Shown here piece after piece: positions 46,601-58,068 of a stretch of DNA of 64,000 bases. The DNA is from Hyaloraphidium curvatum SAG 235-1. Its lineage: Eukaryota; Fungi; Monoblepharomycota. A program made the position numbers and the translations under genes. The stretch is from the NCBI GenBank assembly GCA_025558095.1, contig JAIVFI010000019.1, positions 62,001-126,000 of the forward strand. The letters run 5' to 3'. The first letter of the stretch is position 1, and every line of letters begins with the position of its first letter. The notes under the pieces are model-generated. The model saw nothing but the letters and a program-made list of their open reading frames with translations, did no database searches and was not told the origin of the DNA.

Positions 46601-47992
46601 GCCGAGGACGATCGAGGCGACGTCGGCGCGGAGATCGCGCCGGCGGGGCGGCGCGGTGCCGGGCGCGAGTTCCGCGTGCGAGATCTCGGGGGAGGCTTCC
46701 GAGGCGGTGGAGGGGGTGTCGGTGTCGGTGCGGCCGAAGGAGATGCCGGAGCCGCGGCGGGTGGGCGAACGGCCCCGCGCCGAGTCGGGTTCCTCGTACG
46801 ACGGGCGGTACGCGGGGAGGATGGATGCGAGGGGCGCGGGCGCCGCGGCCTTACACAAACGGGGTGAGCACGTTGGCGCGGGAACTCGAAAGCCCTGCCG
46901 CCGGAAGCCCACCTCAAGGGTACCCGTCGACTCCCTCCGCTCGAGCTCCCTCGGCTCCATCAGCCGCATCAGCATCGCTACCCCGTCCGCGCTCCGCGAC
47001 TTTTGCATCCCCCTGGAGCGCATCAGCCTCTCCTCCCTCTCCTTCTCCGACTCCTCGGCGTCGTTGAGCCCGCGCCTCTCCGCGGCGCCGAAGCTGTGCG
47101 AGGGGGTCGGCGCCGTCGGGCGGGTCGAGGGGACCAGCGGGGGGTAGGTGAGGGAGGAACTCGAGGCGGAGGAGCTCGCGAGGCTCTCGGTGTCGCTTTC
47201 CGACATCCACGCCTCGAAGCGTTCGGGGGGCAGCACGTCCCGCGGGGACGGCAGGGTGTACAGGGAGCTCGGCGGCACGGCGTAGGGGTCGATGGCCGTT
47301 GGCACAAAGAGCCGCCTGGCGGGGCTGCTGGTTTCAAAGACGGGGGAACGCCCGGGCTGCTCGGACGAGGTGCGGCGCATGCGGCCGGGGCTCGACAGCG
47401 GCGACTCCGAGTCGGACGAGGTGCGCCGCCTGCGCGAGGGCGAAAAGTCGATCTGTGGGCCGAAGCGCTGCGGCGCGAAGCCGAAGCCGCCGAGGTCCTC
47501 GAGGCCCTCGTCCGGGTCCTTTGGGCCAGTGCGCATGATCTTCGATTGGGGCGAGGGCGGGTCCAGCACGGAGGAGAGCGACGACGCCGAGCGTGCCGGG
47601 GAGTGGCTGGCCGACGACGAGGGCGAGGCCGAGCGCGGGCCTTGGGAGAGGCCCGGCAGCGGGGGGAAGAGGGGCGGCGGGCCGGGGCCGCCCGCCGCCC
47701 GCTCGCCGCCCAGGCCGCCGCCCGCGGCCACTCCGGCGACTGGGAAGGCCAGGCCGCCAGAGGAGGGCGGGAAACCGGGCGACGTGAGCGCCCCCGCGCT
47801 CGGGGCACCGGCAGCAGGCAGCCCGCCCTCGCCGCCCGGGAACACCACGCCCATGCCGCCCAGCATGACGAACCGCCGTGCCGGCTGCGCGAACTTGCGC
47901 ATTCGCGGCGGCGTGCTCTCAGACACCTCCTCGGGCGGCACCAGCGCCGGGAACAGCCGCCCCAACGGGGGCGCGGATGACTCGCCCGGCAT
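43700..47992 (-). CDS. PP1 glycogen-targeting regulatory subunit with CBM21 (GAC1/GIP2-like), large disordered arms
   Basis: PP1-docking-like KKSLRFSD..LRSVVLF; CBM21 GEVHVRNLSFGKRVSVRYTLDFW, DRFGF, FAVRY..EWWDNNWGM|NY. Introns 44917-44983 and 44639-44700. Confidence 0.85.
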   Translation of the reverse strand: MPGESSAPPLGRLFPALVPPEEVSESTPPRMRKFAQPARRFVMLGGMGVVFPGGEGGLPAAGAPSAGALTSPGFPPSSGGLAFPVAGVAAGGGLGGERAAGGPGPPPLFPPLPGLSQGPRSASPSSSASHSPARSASSLSSVLDPPSPQSKIMRTGPKDPDEGLEDLGGFGFAPQRFGPQIDFSPSRRRRTSSDSESPLSSPGRMRRTSSEQPGRSPVFETSSPARRLFVPTAIDPYAVPPSSLYTLPSPRDVLPPERFEAWMSESDTESLASSSASSSSLTYPPLVPSTRPTAPTPSHSFGAAERRGLNDAEESEKEREERLMRSRGMQKSRSADGVAMLMRLMEPRELERRESTGTLEVGFRRQGFRVPAPTCSPRLCKAAAPAPLASILPAYRPSYEEPDSARGRSPTRRGSGISFGRTDTDTPSTASEASPEISHAELAPGTAPPRRRDLRADVASIVLGASPTPSSATPPAGGSDGSEATLDAGEEVEVAECDVPLPAPEPAPREEEAEERPSGITPKAISVVAAVVSAVQPPPPAQQSGIVPRPISIGDGAIGKPVPVAAAPKPVALAARPPSFAAPPAAGDAAEPEAAKELFRILAKKKPAPKVAKPPAGKPDDRTPSPPSGPAPPLSPAPRLSPRDSFHLHSDSDTDSEAEVDDPRGGRGIGSPFSLPPSDSTSDTQSEDDELPQGRPMFGVSVGASPVSFGGDGAGMGIRGLDLSLPSRVPGAQHAANQGGLKRVTSSKRLSDERFKDSQGGVIGSPREKPSDTFAGQAGYSSSGDVAGARHRRGSLELGGRATSAGGSSGSSASGSEDGWFDEEVTTFDVRIGGGRYLPHSASAPSLLQGKRGLLNLQSPHPNAGLFDHLPTLRSGKLVRPALRSSRHSSHYKKSLRFSDTSLRSVVLFEKHDVPYAVIAAPRYTAPDSDSLPAGFVQTRFRYDLVMRSEHVPEQGELTHPDHMVVLRSLRRMDEGIMFGEVHVRNLSFGKRVSVRYTLDFWQVGPRGGRLRPMSANASGRRVPTVVRRPHVPLPLPPRILLRHRPVRVPPRHRRDLPAHLRARPRELGQAGAADDDLRGAVRGRELRRVVGQQLGDGGWTRCGIADHLLITFVVGPQNYEVELTRAPDLLGSGVGVPGHEPNSTAPGPVTSRGPGSAVFPSAAWLQPGTITPLWLTQPGATVETPMDSPAKGFWPHSNFLTGPLWGPGFVPPAGSGTPEPKPAPPPPPERKDGDKPGPVYTSIFFDTSLLPATEALPATSPTREPESPASPSRRSAGPSPFFADFTFETHLPAADRPGGWFASNSGSYSSVPTSQADLSANTVGDALPRGARSGNPSPPRRPSLNGPLPSGSPNAGLYEDFYVRKLREQGSWDDSGDWASARRRNLFGPPAAAPPEEGKEKRTFRTEVVDVTEYARMGGRSAFMAGRKG

Positions 47993-48941
47993 CGCGGCCG
48001 CGTCCCGCCGGCGCCGCGTGCTGAGGCGGGCGGGCAGCCCCCGCTGGTCTGCCGCCGCCGTTAACGGGGCGGGCAGCCGGATCCCGCGGGCAGGTGGGTG
48101 GACGCGAAAGATTGGTAACGGCGCAGGCCGTGCGGAACGAAAGACGCGACCGGCCGGCCGCAGAACGCGGATAATCGCGGCTCGACTTGCCCCCGTCCCG
48201 TCAGCCCGGGACGCGGACGCACGAGCAAGCTGCTCGGAAACGGATTCGAGCCTGGTGCGCGGTGCGGGTCGTCCCGGAGGTTGAGGTTGTCCGCGGCGCT
48301 GGCCGACTCGAGTGAATCACCAGCCGGCCATATCCCGAACATCCGCACCCCGGTCCCCCACGAGTACCACTTCATCGCCATTCTGCTCCCCGCATTTACT
48401 CCGTCGAATCGCCGCGCTCCGGGTTTTGGGGCCGCGGTGCAAGGACGCCCCGCGGGCTGGGCAGCGCAACGCCGCTCCGCCCAGCCTCTTCCCTTCGGAA
48501 CATCGGCCGCGACCATCCCGTCGCATCCTTCCCGAACGGGCGGACGAGCGCGTGCACGCGCGCACGAAGGTGCTGATGATGATTCCCGACACCCGTTTGC
48601 GCCCTCTGCGGCCACAGCGTCACGATGCCGCGCTTATCTGCCTCCCACGCACCGACCCCGGCCGCCCGCCCACGTCCCCACCCGCCCGGAACCGCATCCC
48701 ACCCATCGCAATCCACGCACCGATACCCGCCGACCCAATGCAATCAAAATCGCCCGGCCACAAGTGTTAGGGCAGGTGTTTAATGGCGCAGGTGGCTAAA
48801 CGGTTCAGGGATGCGCGCGACGGAGCAACGCGGAGTATCATTTCCCGCGGACTTAAAACCCCGCGCCCCATTCCCATTCCCGCCATCCGCACCGCCCGTC
48901 CGCAAACGATTTCCCACCATCCGCACCGCCCGCCGCAAACG

Positions 48942-49316
48942 ATGGCCCCCCTCCTCTTCACCTCGCTCGGCCTCCGCTCCGCGGCCTTCGGCGCTTCCCT
49001 GTGGGCCGCCGGCGTCGGCATCATCCGCGCCGGCGGCGACACCCTCTTCCCCCCCGGCCCGGACCCAAAACGCCAAGCCGCCCTCTTTGCCGCGGGCGTC
49101 CCCATTAGTTGGGCGACCATCAAATCCCTCCCCCTCGTCGGCGTGCCGCCGCAGCACAAGCTGGCCGCCATGGCGATCGGCTCGGGCACCGCGATCGTCC
49201 TGGACGGCGTCGCGATCGAGCGGGGGCTGTACTCGGAGGACACGGAGGTCAAGGCCAAGCTGGGGCCGGTGCTGCTGTGGACGGTCGGGGTGGGGCTGCT
49301 GATGGCGGCGCTGTGA
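48942..49316 (+). CDS. Small 4-TM membrane protein (DUF5367-like), intronless
   Basis: 124 aa, four hydrophobic helices, GASLW..G..IIR, AIVLDG, LLW.VG patterns; family call from memory. Confidence 0.6.
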   Translation: MAPLLFTSLGLRSAAFGASLWAAGVGIIRAGGDTLFPPGPDPKRQAALFAAGVPISWATIKSLPLVGVPPQHKLAAMAIGSGTAIVLDGVAIERGLYSEDTEVKAKLGPVLLWTVGVGLLMAAL

Positions 49317-49533
49317 GCGGGCCGGGGGGACGTGGCGGGCGGATGACGAGGGTCGTGCGCCAATGAACCGATGTATACACTCCAATCGCCCGATACATGG
49401 TTACGGACGCCAGATAACGATGCAGACCTGCAGACCAGAGGGTTTTCTCCCAGTGCGGATCCAAAAAGCCACCCGCCGCCAAGCAGCCCCAAAGACCCGG
49501 CAGCCCAATTCCAGATCCATCCCCGCCAACGCC

Positions 49534-51655
49534 TTACCCGTCCGTGATCCCCAACCCCTCCAGCATCTCCGCCACCCCCCCCTTCTTCTCTCTGTACGCC
49601 GCGAACCTCCGCATCCCGTACCCCAGGTTGTCGTACTCCCACTCGTCCCCCGCATCGTACCGCTTCCTGTTGGCCGCCTGCATGATGCCCCACAGCCCCC
49701 AGTGCACGTGCACAAGGAGCTCCAGCAGCCGCACCTCGGCCGCCAGGTGGTCGAGCTCCCCGTCGAGGTCGTCGGGGGCCGCGGCGCCAAAGAGGCGGTA
49801 GTACGACCTGAGGTAGGCGGAGAGGTAGAAGCGCTGCTGCTCGGGGGTGGGAAACCATTCCGTGTGCATGAGGTGCGGGCGGGGGAGGTGGTAGTCGTAC
49901 ATCCACTCGCAGAAGTGGTTGGCGATGTCGTAGCCGCGCATGTTGAAGCCTGGACGGGCGGAGGAGGGTTAGCGTGGGGTGGGAAGGGCGACCACTTTGT
50001 AGGTTCCCACCGGCATACTCGTAATCAACGCTGTGGGTTTCACATGTTGGCTGGTCAGCAAAAGGATAACTGACAGGCACCGCGTAGAACCCACAGGACC
50101 AGCGAATCGTCCAGCTTCTTCTTGAGCACGTTGCCGTACTGCATGTCGTTGTGTGAAAACACGATCGGGCTCCCCAGCTTGCCGACCATCCGCCTGATCC
50201 ACTCCACCTCCTTCTTCCAGTGGTCGAACCCCTCGAAACCCTCCAGGGCGGCGCGCTCCTCCGGCCCCCTGAGGCGCAGCTCGGCGGCGTTGCCCTCGGC
50301 CACGGCGAACCACGACGCCAGCCGGGCCCACATCTCCGACGCCTCCTCGGGGCTCGCGCTGGGGTCGAGCCGCGGGCTCGCGAGCGCCTCGAGGGTCGGC
50401 GAGCGGAGCGCCGTCAGCCGCGGGGACTTGAGCGACGCGGGGGTCCCGGTGCGGCGCGGGACGAGCCCGGGCGACCTGTGCGCCGGCAGAGGGGGCGACC
50501 GGGGGGTGGGCGCGCGGCCGTTCAGGGCCGGCGAGTCCCGACCGGCGGCGGCGGCCATGCGGGGGGAGCTGGTGCCCGAGTCGTGCGAGTCGCGGCGGGT
50601 TCTGTCGCCCGAGGAGGACGAGGAGGAGCCGATGAGGTGGAAGCGGGCCATCTGCTCCGCGATGCGGGGGGAGAACTCTTCGGTGCGCATCTGCGGGCTC
50701 GTCAGGGTGTCCGAGTCGACGAATTCCTCCAGGCGGCCGTTGGCGAAGCACCCCACGATCCGCGGGCCCACGCCCATCCGGGAGAGGCGGTGCATCCAGA
50801 CCAGCTCGCGCTCGCGCTGGACAAAGTTGTCCACGCCGACGCCGTAGATGCGGAGGATGAGCTTGCGCGAGGCGGGGCGGCCGTCACGCTTGAAGCGGGG
50901 GAAGAGGGAGAAGAAGCCGGAGGAGGGTTCGGGCTCGGGGACGGTGTCGGGGAAGGGAGGGCACTTGACGATGAAGACGTAGTTGGTGCACGCCGCGGAG
51001 AGGCGCAGCAGGGTCAGCTGGCCGGGCGACGTGACGCCCCGCATTTCCTGCGGGATGAACCGCTGCAGCAGCGGGAACAGGGCGACGGCGAGGTCCGAGT
51101 GCTCGGGGAAGTCCCTGTCAGGGAGGTCAGGCGGTGCCCAGCGGGCTCCTTCGAACGGCAGACCCACTCCAGGTTGAGCACGACGTCTTCCGCGGTCGGA
51201 ACGCCCCGCTTGCGGAGGTAAACCATGATGGACGAGCTCTCCTTCTGCGGCTTTGCCACGGACGAGCGCCTAGACGCGTCGTCGACGTGCACGACCGTGT
51301 CGTCGTCCAGCGCCTGCGCCGGCGGCGGCAGCAGATCGTCGAGCGGCGGCGGCACCGGCACGGCCTGCGAGCCGGGCAGCAGCGAGTAGAGCGCCGACGC
51401 GATGGAGCCGAGGATGCCCGGCGCGTCCTCCGTGTCGGCGACCGACGGCGGCAGCGACGGCGGGTCGGGCGACGGCGGCCGGATGAGGTCGAACAGCGGC
51501 GCCGACGGGTCGATGTAGTCGTCGTCGCCCGCGCCGCCGTCGATGTACGCGTGGTTGGCGTCGTCGGGTTCGGTGTGCCCGTTTGCGTGGCCGTCCGCGC
51601 CGTCCGCGGGCTCCGCGGCCGGCGGCACGCCGCTGAGAGGAGGTTTGGACGCCAT
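49534..51655 (-). CDS. Choline/ethanolamine kinase, 4 exons
   Basis: LSAACTNYVF, LILRIYG, GPRIVGCFANGRLEEF, FSHNDMQYGNVL (Brenner motif), VDYEYAG (microexon 50011-50030), GYDIANHFCEW, HVHWGLWGIMQ. Confidence 0.93.
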
Positions 51656-51959
51656 ATCTTAGGCGGCCGAGCCTGCTCGGCGCTCAGATAGCGTGGTGAC
51701 GTGCGGTCACGAGCTTGATCCGTCGGGTGGCGCAGAAGCCGGCCAGCTTTTGGGTCTCCCTCCCTCTTCTCCCCTTAATAAACACTTAGAACTCCGCGAT
51801 CGGTGGTCGTCAGCGCCGGTAGATGAATTCCAGGAACCTTGGCCCGAGGCCGCAAGGGCGGAAACGCTTATTCAAGCACGGAAGAAGAGCGATCACATGG
51901 TCCCATTTCTCTTCATCGTTTCAATCCCATACTTCACGCACAGCGAGCCAGACCACGTA

Positions 51960-52310
51960 TCACAACGTCGCCGGGCATACCATATCCATGGTGAGCACGA
52001 CCCCCAGGGCGCGCAGCACCGTCCAGGGGCAAACTCCGCCGCCACGGTTGCTTCCACCACCTTGCGCACTAGGCTGGCCGTGACCCGTGCTCCGAAGAGC
52101 CTCACGCCCGCTCCGTCGACGTGGACCTCGTCGAGGTCGCACAGCCGGGCCGGTGCGCGGCAATACGGCGTGCGAGGGGCTGTCGCGCCTCCGTGAACGC
52201 CAGCTCGACGCTGCTCAGAGACAGCGATGCCGAACGGAGGAGCGCGGCGGTCTGCGTGCATTGCCGATGGCGGTAGTGAGGAGGGGGATTAGAAGGGCCG
52301 AGTATCCCAT
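51960..52310 (-). pseudogene. Frameshifted 3' fragment of 7-TM paralog B
   Basis: DLDEVHVDGAGVRLFGARVTASLVRKV and WTVLRALGVVLTMDMVCPATL in different frames; matches ~29500-29888 in inverted orientation. Confidence 0.85.
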
Positions 52311-52599
52311 CAACGTCCGGGAGACCCAAGCAGCAAGTCAGCAAGGTGCGAACGGACTGCAGCGGGCTTCACGTGACGTGACTTTGCGCCCACCTGAACG
52401 TCGGCCGCATCCATCGGGATCTACCAGCCTTGCGCATTAGTTGAAGGTTGCTCACAGCCTGACGGGGATTCGTGGCACCGGCACGCGATGGGCGCCCGAC
52501 GACCCGGAAAAGCCCGACCGAAGTGAGGACCCGCCCACGCTCCACCTCGTGCACAGCCCCACTGTCCCTCAAACACCCACAACACTGAGCGCCTTCGGA

Positions 52600-53859
52600 A
52601 TGCCCCCCCGCGCCACGCTCCTGACGTCCAGGGTCATTCAGGAAAAGGAGGACTACCCTCCGGGCGACCACGCCTTCCTCGTCCCACACGAGTGTATTCG
52701 GCGCGACCTCCGGAGGGGGGAGTATGCCCTCGCGAGGGCCGATGCCGCGAAGGACCCGTGGAAGGTGTACGCCTTCGCGAGATGGTACTCGGGCTACTAC
52801 TGCCCGGCGCTGCACGCGCACCGTGGGTTGGACCGGGCAGGAGGTCGAGCGCCCCCGCTGACCACCGCGTCCCCCTCCTTCGCCCTCGGCCACTGGTGTG
52901 CGCCGCTCCGTCGTGCGCGCCGCTCCGCCGCTCTCTCTACGCCGACACCCCGTCTTTGGCCACCGAAATCCTCCACAGACGACGCCGAGGAGGAAATCTT
53001 CATCCCGTTCTACTCCGACCTCGGCGAAGGGGATGTGCACATGGGGAGGGAGTACACGCACAAGCGTTTGCTCGAGCTCATGGACAGCGTGTTGGAGCTG
53101 GCAAAGGAGGCCTGCGCGCTTGCCGACGAGGCCAAAGCTGCGGGCGGGGAGGCCGGCAAAGCCAAGCTCTCCGCCAAGTTCGACGAGGTCAAGGCCCGGT
53201 TCACGGAGATGGCGGACTACACTCGGGACCACCTGGACGAGGAGGAGCGGTTCTGGCCCCCGATCATCGAAAGGCACGGCGAGGACGAGCTCAACAAGGT
53301 TGGATTGCGCTCTCAACTTGGCTGGCTAGCCTCTTCCTAACTTCTCCGAATCAGGCGATCGCCAAGCTCGTCGCGACGGACCTGGCCAAGAAAGGCGACG
53401 CATATCTCGCTTTCAAGGCTTTTGGAGGCGGTCTCATGGACGCCATAAGCCCCGCCTGCGGCTACGCCCACGGGGCGGTCCCCCCGTCGCTGCCGTGCGC
53501 CGAGAACCTGGCGCCCTGGGCGAAGGAAGATTTCGCGGACAAGTTCTATGCGACCATGGCCTTCGTTGTGGGTCTCTTTCCGAAGTCATATCTGTGATCA
53601 GCGCTTGACTCGTTGTTTTGATGGGAATATGTTCGTGCCCCCGCACTCCAGCCTCGGATCTTTATCTTCCCTTCGTATGTGTTCCAAGCCTTATTCCCCG
53701 ATCCGCAACATGCCTCTTACGGCCGTCATCTTTCGCAGGTGGCGCAGGGAGTACGTCACAAAGTGGCGGACGATGATCGAGTCGGTCGGGGGCGACGTCA
53801 ACGTGCTCCAAATTGAGTCGCTCAAGGAGCCCGAGTCGTCGTGGTGCTCCGTCATGTGA
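52600..53859 (+). CDS. Hemerythrin-like (HHE) domain protein with C-terminal CaaX, multi-exon
   Basis: HECIRRD, LHAH|HDAEEE (intron 52823-52978), HKRL, HLDEEERFWP; ends WCSVM-stop. Confidence 0.8.
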
Positions 53860-54188
53860 TGGAAGAGGCAAACGTGCCGTGGACCGTCACATTTGCGGCG
53901 CCAGGCAAGGAAAGTACATTTCTTCGTTGTAATTCCCCAGACCAAAGCAGAGCCAGAGCTCCATTGATACGTCGTTCACGATCACGGTGCCCGCGAATTG
54001 CGCCTCGGGCCCGATGACGGGCGCAGTAGTAGCGCGTGGCGGAGCAACCCCGCCCGCTTCCCGATCTTCCACACGGCGGGCGGCAGTACCCGAATCGGCC
54101 GGCCGGCCCGCAGCGCAGCCTTAAGCGGTGCGTGGGCGGGCTCGGTCCCGGTGCCTGTCTCCGACGCCTTCTCAAGCAAGTAGCGAGC

Positions 54189-57100
54189 ATGGCCCGCCTT
54201 CCCCGGGTCCCCCGCGCGCTCGCCCTCGCCCTCTGCGTGCTCTCAGCGGCGCTCGCGTCGTCCGCGGCGCCGATCGCGCGGCGATCGATTGCGCCGCCGC
54301 TCGGCACCGCGACGGTCGGCGTCGTCGCGGCGGGCTGCGACGGCGCGCCCGCCGCGCCGGCGTGCCCCGCCGGCCGCCAGATCCGCGTGGCCGCGCTGAC
54401 GTTCGGGACGGCCGCGACGGCGTGCGGCGGCCCGCTCGCCCCGCCGCGCCCGCCGCGCCCGCCGTGCGCGCTCTCCGCGCACGACCAGGCCGCGGCGACC
54501 GCGCTGGCCGCGCAGCGCTGCGACGGCCTGCAGGCGTGCTCGGTGGCGCCCGCCGACCTCGTGCGCCTGTTCGGCGACCCGTGCGCGGGCGTGGGCAAGG
54601 CGCTGGCCGTCAGCTACGCGTGCCTCGACGCCGTGCTGGACCCGCCGGCGCCCGCCACGCTGCCGCCGCCAGGCGACCTGTACCTCCGCCGCCCGTCGGC
54701 GTTTGCCGCGCCAAAGTGCCCCGCCTACGCCGCGGGCGTGGCGGCCGCCTCGGACGCGGGCATCTTCTGGTCGTCGGTGGTGGCCGGCTCGGCCAGCGTC
54801 GTCCGTGTGTCGGCCGTCTACGTCGACCTGAACGCGACAGACCTGCCCGGCCTCGTGCAGGCGGCAACCAAGGGCGCCTTCTCCCTCGACGACGTTGCGG
54901 AGCTCAACGTCACGGCCGTCAACTTCCAGGTGCTCCCCGGCGCCCTGGTCTCCATCGGCAGGAACAACCCGGGCCTCACCCGGGTCCGCATCCGCGCCGT
55001 CAACGTGATCGCCAGCGGGACCGGGGAGCTGGACGTGCGCTCCAACGGCCCCGACGCCGCGGGGAACTTTGGACCGGACGTGGAGGTGGTCGCCGCCAAC
55101 ATCTACGGCGCCCTGAAGATCCGCCAGAACGGCCTGACGGCGCTGAACCCGCTCGTCTCGACCAACCAGTACGCCGCCAGCCTCCAGATGTGGGAGAACG
55201 AGAACGACCCGGTCACCTACTACTCCGCGTGCTCCACCACCACCTTCAACGCCGAGTCGGTGAACGGCGGCGTCCTCATTCCCCCCATCTGCAGCGCGGG
55301 CTCGGGCCCCGACCCGACGCAGTTCCAGCCCTTCTGCGCGACGAGCCCGCAGACCACCTGCACGACCTTCTGGACCGATGCCAACCAGCCCGGGCTCACG
55401 TTCTGTGCGCGCTGGTCCGTCAACATCGCCGCGAGCGTGTACTACGGCACGCCCATGCTCGGCGCGGGGCAGAACGACAGCTGGAGCTACTTTGGCGTGA
55501 AAACGGACAGGTTCACGTGGCCCCAGTACACCGGGTTCGCGTCCGGCAACGATCCGAACCCGCCCACCCTGCCCGCCAAGGCCGCCCCGCACGGGAGGGT
55601 GACCACCTCGGCCCTGAACTTCCTCGGTGCGGACGCGGATCCGGCTTCCGCGGTCGGCTCGGCGACTTGGGGCGCGAACCCCGCCGGTGTCTTCTCCACC
55701 GCCGACTACTCGATCGCCCTGGACGCCTTCCCGTCGCAGGAGTACCTCTACAGGCTCCTCGGCCAGGGCCAGATCCCGAGCAACCTCTCGTACGCCGGCT
55801 TCCTGGAGGTCTCGGCGCGGTGGCAGGACAACCCGCCCTCCTCGGGGATCGGGACCGACTGGAGCGCTGCGATGGACGCCGCGTGCCCCTCCAACAACGA
55901 GCCCTTCAGCGTGCTCCAGGGGACCATAAGCCATACCCCCTCGCAGACCTCCCCCTCCTCCTTTCCCGGCCTGGACCCCACCGTCGCCCGCCTCGCGCTC
56001 AACTGCCTCGACGAGATGGTCGCCTCGTCCCGCTTCCCCGACGCCCAGGCCTTCGCCGCGGACCTCGCCCCCGCCTTCGGCCCCGGCTCCGGTACCTCCC
56101 GCGGGCTCGCCGCCTCCCTCGCCCGGATCGTCTCCCGCGCCTCGGAGCTCCGCACGGACAGGACCTCCCCCGCCGTGCGCACCGTGCCCTTCCTATCCGG
56201 GGCGACCATCGCCGACCAGGCCGGCGGGGTGCTGGACGCGCTGGTGGCGAGCGAGGCCGCGCTCGACGCGCTGATGCAGCAGGGGGCGGGGTATTCGACC
56301 GCCGTGGCGGGCGTCCAGGGGACGCTGGCGATGCTGGACGCGCAGGTGCAGGGGGACGGGGCGGCGATGCAGGCCGACGAGGAGTTCATGCGGTCGATCG
56401 CCGCGGTGGCCGCCAGGCTCAACGAGACTTACGTCGAGGCGATCGCAAAGAGCAACGCGACGCTCAAGGTGTTCGAGGCGGGGGTGCGCAAGAAGATCTC
56501 GGAGGAGGTCGGGGAGGCCGTGTTCCAGTTCTTTGCCAGCGCCGTGGCGGTGGTGCTCGGGGACGTCGGCGCGATCGCGGGGATGGCGGCCGCGGCCGAG
56601 GGAGCGCTTGGACAGGCCGTCAAGGACGTGGAGAAGATCGCGAGCTTCCTGAGCAACCTCGGAAACCTCGTCAACAGCATCTTCACCCTCATCAACGTGG
56701 GATCCGCGCGGGGCGATGCCGCCCGCGACGCTGACGCGGCCCTCTGTCCCGCAGAACATCATCACCTTTGTCAACCAGCTGCAGAACACCCCTAACCAGC
56801 CCAACATATCCGTGACCCCCCAGCTGTCGGCCAGCTTCCAGAACAACACCCAGGCATTGGTCTCCCTCTCCGTAGCCACCCTCAACTTCAAGGACCTCCA
56901 CGACGAGGTCTTCATCGCCCTGAGCCCGGCCATCGCCATGGGCATCGACGGCTCGACCGACTACGCCGAGGCCCTGGCGCACGTGGCCAACACGGGGTTC
57001 GACTGGTCGCAGGCCCAGATCCAGCTCCTGTCGGCGCAGAACAAGTACGTTCAGGACGGGCTCAAGCTCCAGGCCGCCCAGGCGCAGCGCGACAAGGTCG

Positions 57101-58006
57101 CCCTCGTGGTGCAGCGCCTGCAGGACGTGGAGAACTCGCTGGACCTGCCCGCAGCCGTGACGGAGGGGTACCTCGACCTCCTGGACGGCAAGATGCGCGC
57201 CCTGGAGCTGTTCGGGCAGGCCTGCGACGCCTACTCGTTCGCCTACACGGCCGAGTGCCCGCTGCGGGCGTCGGGGATGGCCCCGAACCCGACCTCGCCC
57301 GCGGCGGTGTTCAAGGCCGCGGTGCAGGGTTCCCTGGCGAGCCTGGACGACGTGTTCCACGGATCCAGCTGCTTCTGCAACGCGAGCTTCGTGGTCACCG
57401 ACCCCGGGTTCATCGGGAACCTGACGGGCGGGAACGGGACCGCGGTGCTGGACCTGAGCGACCCTACGAACCAGCAGCTGTACAACTTCTTCGGGCCGTT
57501 CGACGACGTGCACGTCTACCAGCTCAACGTGGGTCTCCATGGCGGCCCTCGCAAATCCGTCGATCTCACGCGCTCCGTTCCGTCAGCTGAAGCCGTACGG
57601 GATCGTTCCCATCAACCCGCCGCCGGGCACCGCGCCCACCTTGACCCTGGACGTCCGCCCCGTGGGCCTCTTCACCAACACCTTCTCCTACTCGGGCGGC
57701 TGGTACGAGCGGCAGTTCCTCGCGCGCCCGTACGGGATCACCGTGCAGCTGGAGCCCACCAACGACTGGACCGTCACCGTGCCGGGCTCGCTGTCGGGGC
57801 TCGAGGCCGGCAAGGTGTACGCGCCCTCGCCGTACGCCCGGTGGTCGATCCGCGAGAGCGGGGAGGACCTGGTGCGCTGGGACTGGAGCGGGGTGTGGGG
57901 GGTGCAGGTGGAGATGTGGGGGAAGCACGCGCGGAGGCACTCGCTGAGCAAGCCGGCGGCCACGCCGCTCTCGGCGCTGCAGTACTGCACGTGTCCGGGC
58001 TCGTAG
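54189..58006 (+). CDS. Large secreted protein: SUEL (galactose/rhamnose-binding) lectin domain plus toxin-like helical C-terminal region, 3 exons
   Basis: Signal peptide; CPAG.QI.VAALTFG..C..C..RCDGLQACSV....FGDPCAGVGKALAVSYAC; introns 56697-56754 and 57529-57586; about 1230 aa. Confidence 0.8.
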
Positions 58007-58068
58007 CTCCCAACACGATCCATCCAAACCTGCGGACTGGGTAACCCCGATTGCTACGCCAGGCCCAG

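Noticed and set aside
43700-47992. 1430-aa ORF as a single-exon gene
   Set aside because: Two introns (67 + 62 = 129 nt) restore the frame; the true middle CBM21 exon is in another frame.
31989-51655. PSD2 plus choline/ethanolamine kinase as a phospholipid gene cluster
   Set aside because: 14 kb apart with several unrelated genes in between; consistent with chance.
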